This document shows, in pieces, positions 9,203 through 14,916 of a stretch of 40,019 nt of DNA. Numbering within the stretch: position 1 is the first letter of the stretch; each line of letters opens with the position of its first letter. The stretch covers positions 1-40,019 of IMG/VR virus record IMGVR_UViG_3300034072_000784; one strand, 5' to 3'. Source of the DNA: a virus. The position numbers and the translations under genes are program-made. Below the pieces are notes generated by a model, which saw only the letters and a program-made list of their open reading frames with translations, was not told the DNA's origin and made no database searches.

Positions 9203-9767
9203 GTTCATGGGATAGCCTATTCCCGTGGTTAGGGTGAAACCCGAATTTTATTTCGGCCTCTTTTCTAGCCCTGACTGCTGCCGTTATGCTCTTGTGCTCA
9301 CCAAGGTAGTAGTTCTTATTTTTGTAAGTTATTTGGGCTACCCACTTCCCTAGCCTGTTTTGATACACGCCAGTAAATCCAGACTTATTATTCGAGAAAA
9401 GCCCGAGGTTCAGATTGTTATCTTCCGCGCACACCTCTCGCAAATTCTCGATCCTATTATCATGTCTGATGCCGTTGATATGATCGATCATATTCAATGG
9501 CCATTTGTTGTGAACCATTGCCCATGCTATCCAGTGCCCCTTATACTTGATACCGCAGATTTTGCCTGACCTGTATCCAGAGCCATTAATTGAAAAAACC
9601 TGCTTGCCGACATTTTTGGCATTCCACGTAGCAGCCTGAGCCTCTGCGGCGGGGTGTGGAGTTTGGAACATAGTTATGCTACGCTCCTTCCATAGCATTT
9701 CTCCAGTTTCTGGATCATATGTCAGGAGTTCGCGGATAAATGAAGGGGAATGTAATTCACGGCTCAT
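9108..9767 (-). CDS. HNH + AP2-domain homing endonuclease
   Basis: It contains IDHINGIRHDNRIENLREV..EDNNLN (HNH_3-type) followed by GFTGVYQNRLGKWVAQITYKNKNYYLGEH (AP2 DNA-binding). The gene is AT-rich, about 40-48% GC in the lines I counted. Start taken at ATG 9767. Confidence 0.85.
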   Translation of the reverse strand: MSRELHSPSFIRELLTYDPETGEMLWKERSITMFQTPHPAAEAQAATWNAKNVGKQVFSINGSGYRSGKICGIKYKGHWIAWAMVHNKWPLNMIDHINGIRHDNRIENLREVCAEDNNLNLGLFSNNKSGFTGVYQNRLGKWVAQITYKNKNYYLGEHKSITAAVRARKEAEIKFGFHPNHGNRLSHELIQILTDDAIEAYLKRQTRQGQHYRPQALPG

Positions 9768-9790
9768 GGCGCGGTACCTTCGCGTTATGT
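9150..9790 (-). mobile_element. free-standing homing-endonuclease cassette (approximate borders)
   Basis: An AT-rich block on the opposite strand to the surrounding late operon, located between the spanin candidates. Borders were estimated by eye from the composition change. Confidence 0.5.
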
Positions 9791-10060
9791 GTGGCAGCGG
9801 CAGGCTCGAAATTGCCGCTGCCACTTATTAGCAAATCAGCACCCTTGTTGCTAGCGTCTTTTTTCTTGCCAAGTTGCGGGAAAGAGATCGTCGTGCAGCG
9901 CGTTCCCGTCCCTGAGAAATGGCTGACGTGCGCCGCTCAACCCAAAGCGCCTGACGAAGATACGGACAAGGCTGTCGCCACGTTCATCGTGGACCTGATC
10001 GAGGCTGGGGAGGACTGTCGGGCGACTGTGGCGGCAATCAAGGCGTGGAATAAGCAGTGA
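9740..10060 (+). CDS. o-spanin (Rz1-like) lipoprotein candidate
   Basis: It contains a signal-peptide-like stretch and lipobox (SAPLLLASFFLPSCG). The true start is probably internal (GTG 9791 or TTG 9812). It is the last gene before the late-operon terminator. Confidence 0.5.
   Translation: MKGNVIHGSWRGTFALCVAAAGSKLPLPLISKSAPLLLASFFLPSCGKEIVVQRVPVPEKWLTCAAQPKAPDEDTDKAVATFIVDLIEAGEDCRATVAAIKAWNKQ
9791..9824. promoter_or_regulatory. perfect 12-bp inverted repeat, 10-nt loop
   Basis: GTGGCAGCGGCA-ggctcgaaat-TGCCGCTGCCAC, followed on the + strand by TTATTAG. It lies at the right edge of the HNH cassette and covers candidate o-spanin starts. Confidence 0.6.
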
Positions 10061-10119
10061 CTTGCCAACCCTCCATAACCAACCTATAACAATAGCGCAC
10101 CGCCTCCCTCCTTAGGTGC

Positions 10120-10163
10120 CAGCCCCCGCTTGTAGCTATATGCTCGCGGGGGCTGTGTTTTAT
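10120..10163 (+). terminator. rho-independent terminator of the late operon
   Basis: 10-bp GC stem CAGCCCCCGC/GCGGGGGCTG with a 16-nt loop, followed by TGTTTTAT. It lies between convergent genes. Confidence 0.7.
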
Positions 10164-10165
10164 GG

Positions 10166-10402
10166 TCAATCTGGATCGCTTGCCAAATAATCGCCGCGTT
10201 CGATGGCATCAGCAACATGGCGCGGGTACCACTCATCTTCTGGCAAATCGCGCAGCCACGCAACGATCCGCTCCCGCTCTGTCGGCTGTGGGGTGGCGAG
10301 GAAATAGCGATGCTCTAACCCGGCGTGGGTAGCTTTCCACATCACCGCCTCCACCCCTTGCTGGCCGCCCGGTTCATGGCTGGGGGTGTTGTTGCTGGTC
10401 AT
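10166..10402 (-). CDS. hypothetical acidic protein (78 aa)
   Basis: It is the last ORF of the leftward accessory block. AAGGAAGGAGG lies upstream of the ATG. Confidence 0.65.
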   Translation of the reverse strand: MTSNNTPSHEPGGQQGVEAVMWKATHAGLEHRYFLATPQPTERERIVAWLRDLPEDEWYPRHVADAIERGDYLASDPD

Positions 10403-10520
10403 GCCTTGCCTCCTTCCTTGTATGCCATGCTACATCATCCTGCCTGCATGTGGGACACATTAGTCCGTGATCGACTGGACGATTGCCGCATAAGGCGCAG
10501 CGTGGTTCAGTATGCCGCAC
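10374..10520 (-). CDS. 48-aa zinc-ribbon protein candidate
   Basis: GTG start is preceded by GGGAGGAG. The peptide contains CALC...(10)...CPTC. Confidence 0.4.
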   Translation of the reverse strand: MRHTEPRCALCGNRPVDHGLMCPTCRQDDVAWHTRKEARHDQQQHPQP

Positions 10521-10635
10521 GGCGCTCCTCCCTCAATTCCCTGTTGCGCCTTGCCTGTTCCGTTACAGGGCTGTGCTGGCCTACAGGGCTGTATGCGCGG
10601 CGGTGGTTCTGCTGATAGGGTTTGATGCGGGTCAT
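10510..10635 (-). CDS. 41-aa basic protein candidate
   Basis: ATG lies 1 nt after the upstream stop. Peptide: MTRIKPYQQNHRRAYSP... Confidence 0.35.
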
Positions 10636-10636
10636 A

Positions 10637-10741
10637 TCAATTCCCCGGAACAGCCTGCATGGCGATGATGAAAAATCCGCATATGGCCAGAGCGACGGCG
10701 GTTAGCTGCCAGATGGACCATTGTTCGCAGTTGTTGCTCAT
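10637..10741 (-). CDS. 34-aa membrane peptide candidate
   Basis: TGATG overlap with the upstream stop. It has a TM-like core (LTAVALAICGFFIIAM). Confidence 0.4.
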   Translation of the reverse strand: MSNNCEQWSIWQLTAVALAICGFFIIAMQAVPGN

Positions 10742-10917
10742 CACTTCCGCTCCTTAATGCGCCAGAAGCCGTCTAGGCGGATGCTTAAATTTTTTTCCCT
10801 ATAGCTCTTTGCTGCATCTTTAAGACTTTGCTCGCTTGGCCAATTTTCAGACCAGCCCCATGTGTGGTTACCGCCTTCCGATGACCATTGTGGGAACACA
10901 AATTTCTCAGCCATCAT
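10741..10917 (-). CDS. hypothetical Trp-rich protein (58 aa)
   Basis: ATGA overlap with the upstream stop, and GGGAGGTGGA lies upstream. Confidence 0.6.
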   Translation of the reverse strand: MMAEKFVFPQWSSEGGNHTWGWSENWPSEQSLKDAAKSYREKNLSIRLDGFWRIKERK

Positions 10918-11138
10918 TCCACCTCCCAAGGCTCAAAGGCCCGCTGAACGTCATCATAAGCGGCGACATAAGCGCGCTCGACCGGAGCCATGGCTTCGAT
11001 CCAATAGCGGTAATGCTCATCCTCATGATAGCTAGCGCCAAGCGGGCCACCATGCGACGGCTGCAAAATCTCCTGCACAATGTCGGCAAGATCGCGGGTC
11101 GAGCATGACGCGAGAAATGCGTATATTTCGGGTTTCAT
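10914..11138 (-). CDS. hypothetical acidic protein (74 aa)
   Basis: ATGA overlap with the upstream gene. Confidence 0.6.
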   Translation of the reverse strand: MKPEIYAFLASCSTRDLADIVQEILQPSHGGPLGASYHEDEHYRYWIEAMAPVERAYVAAYDDVQRAFEPWEVE

Positions 11139-11860
11139 GCGGCCTCCAACAGTTCAATGAGTTTTTCCGCCTGACTGATACGAGCGGCGGCACGGGCGTC
11201 GGCACGGGCGGCGGCATAGGCGGCATCGGCGGCGGCATCGGCGGCACGGGCGGCGGCATAGGCGGCACGGGCGGCGGCATCGGCGGCACGGGCGGCGGCA
11301 TAGGCGGCACGGGCGGCGGCATAGGCGGCACGGGCGGCGGCATCGGCGGCACGGGCGGCGGCATAGGCGGCACGGGCGGCGGCATAGGCGGCATCGGCGG
11401 CGGCATCGGCGGCATCGGCGGCATCGGCGGGAACCTCTACCCCATTCGCTTTGTCAGAAACGATCTTTAGTGCAGGGGCACAAGAGGCTCGCACGTCATC
11501 GGTCCCATGTTCACGCAGCACGTCATCAATCAGCCAGTGAAGAAATTTCCACGATACCAGCGACAGGTCGGCACCGATGCGCGGGGCATTGATAACCGCC
11601 TGCGGAAAGTCCTTCGCCTTTTCGTTCGGCAGACCCTCGAAAATACCCTCCGCAATGCGCGTAAGCATGATCGGGAAACCCGTCAATTCCTGAACCGAAT
11701 TAACGCTATCGCTATGGGCAATGCAGCCGATAAAGCAGCCCTTTCCGTTTTCCCAATAGCGCCCCTGGATAATCTCGTCCGCTGCCGTATGCGCGTTGAC
11801 TTGCGCCCGCACCATTTCGGCAAGCGCCGGATCGTTGTTGAAAGCAGTGTATTTCATCAT
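11135..11860 (-). CDS. early protein with globular N-domain and C-terminal alanine heptad-repeat tail
   Basis: AAGGAGGGA SD lies upstream. The C-terminus reads (A-Y/D-A-A-A-R/D-A) about 12 times and is followed by ISQAEKLIELLEAA. Confidence 0.75.
   Translation of the reverse strand: MMKYTAFNNDPALAEMVRAQVNAHTAADEIIQGRYWENGKGCFIGCIAHSDSVNSVQELTGFPIMLTRIAEGIFEGLPNEKAKDFPQAVINAPRIGADLSLVSWKFLHWLIDDVLREHGTDDVRASCAPALKIVSDKANGVEVPADAADAADAAADAAYAAARAAYAAARAADAAARAAYAAARAAYAAARAADAAARAAYAAARAADAAADAAYAAARADARAAARISQAEKLIELLEAA
11183..11429. repeat. tandem 21-bp repeat (about 12 units, with 63-bp higher order)
   Basis: The + strand unit is GGCGGCATAGGCGGCACGGGC, with ATA/ATC and ACG/ATC variants. 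All six frames are open here. Confidence 0.9.
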
Positions 11861-11884
11861 TCCCTCCTTACGGCTGATAGGTGC

Positions 11885-11912
11885 ATCATACAGATATGAT
11901 TATGTCTGTAAA
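11885..11912 (-). promoter_or_regulatory. sigma70-like leftward promoter
   Basis: On the minus strand: TTTACA-N16-TATGAT, about 25 nt upstream of the SD of gene 11135..11860. Confidence 0.5.
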
Positions 11913-11915
11913 GAC

Positions 11916-11943
11916 TTGCATAGAACTTTTTTTCGGTTATGAT
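11916..11943 (+). promoter_or_regulatory. sigma70-like rightward promoter
   Basis: TTGCAT-N16-TATGAT, upstream of AAGGAGGA and the XRE gene. Confidence 0.5.
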
Positions 11944-11968
11944 GGCCGTGTCAACAAAGGAGGAAACA

Positions 11969-12169
11969 TTGTTCGATCCGCTCAATATGGCATCACTAAA
12001 GCCCGCCCGTCACAAGGCTGGCCTTACACAGGAGGATTTGGCGGCAGAAGCCGAGGTCACGCAGAAATGTATCTCGGCCATTGAGATCGGCGCGCGCGAT
12101 CCAAAGCTATCTACCTGGATCAGGATCGCCAACGTCATTCGCGCGAAACTGGAGGCGAAAAATGGATGA
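11969..12169 (+). CDS. XRE-family helix-turn-helix regulator (Cro/CI-like)
   Basis: It contains GLTQEDLAAEAEVTQKCISAIEIGARDP, an HTH_3 pattern. TTG 11969 follows AAGGAGGA; ATG 11987 is an alternative start. The track ORF begins at 11939, inside the -10 box. Confidence 0.7.
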   Translation: MFDPLNMASLKPARHKAGLTQEDLAAEAEVTQKCISAIEIGARDPKLSTWIRIANVIRAKLEAKNG

Positions 12170-12530
12170 CACCCGCGACAAAATCCTGTCGTTCCTGATC
12201 GCCCATATCGGCGACCTAACTCCGAGCAACACGGACATGTCCGACCTTCTTGGATGCTCGTCCCGCAGGATCGACAACGAGATAAGTGCGCTCAAGTCAT
12301 CGGGCGTCCTGTTCTCCACCGGCAAGGGTCCGTCCCGCTATTTTCATTTCCGAGATCATGAGGGGCATACGCTTCCCCGCGTCGGCAAGGTATATCCTGA
12401 ACCGCCCATGATGCGCCGTCTGGAGGTCATGGATCGCCCTCAAGCCTGCCCATGGTGTCAGGTAAGGGGATGCGCCCGCCATAGCGCCTCGCGCATCTCT
12501 GTGGGCTTTGTGAGGAGATTTGCGGCATGA
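12162..12530 (+). CDS. winged-helix DNA-binding protein with C-terminal Cys motif
   Basis: GGAGG lies 7 nt upstream, with an 8-nt overlap onto the XRE stop. KILSFLIAH...RRIDNEISALKSSGVL resembles a DeoR/MarR-like wHTH. It also contains CPWC. Confidence 0.6.
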   Translation: MDDTRDKILSFLIAHIGDLTPSNTDMSDLLGCSSRRIDNEISALKSSGVLFSTGKGPSRYFHFRDHEGHTLPRVGKVYPEPPMMRRLEVMDRPQACPWCQVRGCARHSASRISVGFVRRFAA

Positions 12531-12691
12531 AGCGAAAGAAGGTTGATCCACGCGCCGTAGGCTTGGCTCTGGAGGGCGTCATAGACAGCCGACCCGGACC
12601 ATTTGATGCTGAGCAGCTATCGCGTTCCTACAGTATTCCAGCGGAGGAAGTTGTCCGCGTTCTCAAGATGAAAGGGAAGTATCATGGATAA
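12527..12691 (+). CDS. hypothetical 54-aa protein
   Basis: ATGA overlap at its start, and its stop overlaps the next ATG. Confidence 0.45.
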   Translation: MKRKKVDPRAVGLALEGVIDSRPGPFDAEQLSRSYSIPAEEVVRVLKMKGKYHG

Positions 12692-12977
12692 CCCCGAATA
12701 TCACGTTGAGCAATTCGCAAGGCGTCATGGCCTGTCAAAGCAAATGAGCCTGCGCGCCACACTCCTTCGCGGCTATGCGGATCAGGGAAAGCCCATCGAG
12801 GAGGCCGCCAAGCTATGCGGTATCGCCAAGGCTACAGCGCAGAAAGTCGCCCGCATCCTGATTATCGACTTTCAGGATTACCGGCCATATGCAGCGAAGG
12901 AAAAGAAAGGCGAGCCAAGGCCTCAGCCTTTTGTGCATTCCGACAATCCCGCAACCAATCTCCCGCTATTCTCATGA
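12684..12977 (+). CDS. hypothetical protein with HTH-like segment (97 aa)
   Basis: It contains IEEAAKLCGIAKATAQKVARIL, an HTH-like segment. Confidence 0.6.
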   Translation: MDNPEYHVEQFARRHGLSKQMSLRATLLRGYADQGKPIEEAAKLCGIAKATAQKVARILIIDFQDYRPYAAKEKKGEPRPQPFVHSDNPATNLPLFS

Positions 12978-13156
12978 CCATACAAGAGGCGATAGACCGC
13001 GCCGCCGCTCGCGCGAGGCGGTGGGAGGCAAGTCAGGCAAGGGACGAGGCAATCCTGTCCGCTGCCCTATGGATGCCATCCCCCGTTGTCGCGGTGAAAT
13101 ACGGCGTTTCAGAGCATTTCGTGGAGCAGCTTTTGCGAGCCAGTGGGAGGAAGTGA
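12974..13156 (+). CDS. hypothetical 60-aa protein
   Basis: ATGA overlap with the upstream stop. Confidence 0.5.
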   Translation: MTIQEAIDRAAARARRWEASQARDEAILSAALWMPSPVVAVKYGVSEHFVEQLLRASGRK

Positions 13157-13157
13157 G

Positions 13158-13625
13158 ATGAATAAAACGCATGAAATGTTCGATATTTCCCAGATGCAGG
13201 AATGGGCATCAAGCATCATGGCATCGCGCGCTCCCGATTTTATCATAGGCGATAATTATCTAAAGCGCTGGTGGGTGGTGCCGAGAAATCCATTTTGCTC
13301 AGTCTATCTCCACGAAATCCTGCATTCAGATGATGATAGGGCGCTGCATGATCATCCATGGGCAAATACGTCCGTCTTGTTGCGTGGCGGATATGTTGAG
13401 CATACCCCCAATGGGTCTTTTGAGCGCAAGGCTGGAGATGTGATTACCCGCGAAGCTGAAGCATTGCACAGGTTGGAAGTTCAAGAAGGCGGTGGCGCTA
13501 TATCTCTTTTCATGACCGGCCCAAGGGTTCGTGAATGGGGTTTTGATTGCCCAAATGGTTGGCGGATTTGGTCTGAATTTGTCGATGCGCGGGATAGTGG
13601 GAAAATAGGTCGCGGGTGCGATTGA
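13158..13625 (+). CDS. hypothetical protein with His-rich cupin-like motif
   Basis: GGGAGGA SD lies upstream. It contains LHEILHSDDDRALHDHPW...GGYVEH, a possible metal site. Family not recognised with confidence. Confidence 0.65.
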   Translation: MNKTHEMFDISQMQEWASSIMASRAPDFIIGDNYLKRWWVVPRNPFCSVYLHEILHSDDDRALHDHPWANTSVLLRGGYVEHTPNGSFERKAGDVITREAEALHRLEVQEGGGAISLFMTGPRVREWGFDCPNGWRIWSEFVDARDSGKIGRGCD

Positions 13626-13774
13626 TGCTTGACCTAACCCGCGAAATGGCAGTCAACCCCGCAGAGTTTGACCTAACAATCATGACCCAACGCAACATGC
13701 GCTTACACCTGGAAAAGGCTGTAGCGGAGAGTAAGCGGCGAAGGGAGGCGCAATACAAGCGATACGCAAAATGA
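13625..13774 (+). CDS. hypothetical 49-aa protein
   Basis: TGATG overlap with the upstream stop. It ends 3 nt before a strong hairpin. Confidence 0.45.
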   Translation: MLDLTREMAVNPAEFDLTIMTQRNMRLHLEKAVAESKRRREAQYKRYAK

Positions 13775-13800
13775 CAAAGGGGAGGTTAACAGCCTCCCCT
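13765..13800 (-). terminator. rho-independent terminator of the leftward recombination operon (hairpin may also stop the rightward island)
   Basis: 8-bp stem AGGGGAGG/CCTCCCCT with a 7-nt loop. On the minus strand it is followed by TTTGTCATTTT. Confidence 0.6.
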
Positions 13801-13970
13801 AATCGTATGCGCAAAGAAAAGGCGGGCCGACCGGGCGCACCCAATCAAAACCCGCCTTCACTGCATCCGGTGATCAACCCGGATGGCCAACTCCGCTACG
13901 CAGCGCTGGTCTTCAAGATTATCCGCTACCACTGTTGCCAGCTTCACATTTAAGTGAGTGGCGGACGGCT

Positions 13971-14366
13971 TTATGTAGCATAAGGGTTCGGCTCTGTCCA
14001 CCTTACGCCGTTGCGACCGCCCCATTCATAAAGCAGTTCAACCAGCCCGCTAAACTGCGCCACGGTAAGCGTTGAGGATCGCAGTCCAACCGGGAATGAG
14101 CCTTGCCCCTCAAGTGTCGGTAGAAATCGCATTTCCACCCCCAGGGCGTTCATGAAGCGGTTCTTTATGTCCTCCGGGCTGTACGCGGCCATTTCAGGCA
14201 CTTGATTGCGGATATCGCGAATGAGGCTCCAAAGCTTTCTGTTCTGGGCGTCACGGCGTGTTTCCGCTGCGATCTTGACGACATAACCGTCTGGCGCCTC
14301 CATGACTAGCCGCTGGGCGTGTTCGCGTTGACGCTGGCCGGTGAGGCGGACTGATTTGGCTTTCAT
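13971..14366 (-). CDS. ninB: NinB/Orf-like recombination mediator
   Basis: 131 aa and ATGA-coupled. Sequence character (QNRKLWSLIRDI...) and its position in the recombination module fit the NinB family. Assignment from memory. Confidence 0.6.
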   Translation of the reverse strand: MKAKSVRLTGQRQREHAQRLVMEAPDGYVVKIAAETRRDAQNRKLWSLIRDIRNQVPEMAAYSPEDIKNRFMNALGVEMRFLPTLEGQGSFPVGLRSSTLTVAQFSGLVELLYEWGGRNGVRWTEPNPYAT

Positions 14367-14707
14367 GTCCTCGTCTTCTCCTGCCGTATCTCAGCCGCCT
14401 TGGGGCTTGCCTTGGCAAACTCATCCGCTAACGCCTGCATGTCTATGCCGTGCGCCTTTTCAAAGGATCGCTCACCGACAGAGTGCTGCTCTTGGTGATG
14501 GTGCGAACACAGGCTTATGCAGCACCAGTCCGGGGGCTTAAAACCCATGCCGCCCTGCCCGCCAATCCTGACATGCGCAGCCTCGATAGGCCGCCTGTCG
14601 CAATTGGGAACGCAGCACTCATGGGAGCGTATGAATGAAAGATGCGCCGGACTTCTCCAGCGCTTCTCCTTCTTGGGTTGCTTGGGGATGCGACGGGGAA
14701 GTGTCAT
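14363..14707 (-). CDS. DUF968 / HNH-like Cys-His nuclease-family protein
   Basis: It contains SPAHLSFIRSHECCVPNC...EAAHVR...ISLCSHHHQEQH, a Cys/His pattern. Confidence 0.65.
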   Translation of the reverse strand: MTLPRRIPKQPKKEKRWRSPAHLSFIRSHECCVPNCDRRPIEAAHVRIGGQGGMGFKPPDWCCISLCSHHHQEQHSVGERSFEKAHGIDMQALADEFAKASPKAAEIRQEKTRT

Positions 14708-14916
14708 TCAGACTTTTCCGCAAAGTCGATAATTTCGGTTGGCACGTTGCGTTTCGCCTGCGCACAGACTTGCAACTGCACCTTAACCGTGCGTAGGATT
14801 TCCCGTGCCTGCGCGGCGACAGCATCACCTTGGCCGGGAAGCATATTATCCTCCTTAACAGCATTGAGCGTTTCCCACAGGGCTTCCTTGAGGCTAACAG
14901 CCGACAGCTTTTTCAT
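14704..14916 (-). CDS. hypothetical 70-aa protein
   Basis: Internal ATG of the track ORF 14704..15021. ATGA coupling to the downstream gene. Confidence 0.55.
   Translation of the reverse strand: MKKLSAVSLKEALWETLNAVKEDNMLPGQGDAVAAQAREILRTVKVQLQVCAQAKRNVPTEIIDFAEKSE

Noticed and set aside
11032-11470. Alternative readings of the 21-bp repeat: (MPPPVPP)n on the minus strand and (GGIGGTG)n on the plus strand
   Set aside because: These frames are open only because of the repeat. They have no SD or sensible flanking coding sequence. The Ala-heptad frame is continuous with a 140-aa non-repetitive N-domain and a proper SD.
13771-13953. 60-aa plus-strand ORF in the gap between the rightward island and ninB
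   Set aside because: The region is filled with three stem-loops between convergent operons: AGGGGAGG/CCTCCCCT, AAGGCGGG/CCCGCCTT and CATCCGG/CCGGATG. The ORF has no SD and starts inside the first hairpin region, so this is most likely a terminator zone.
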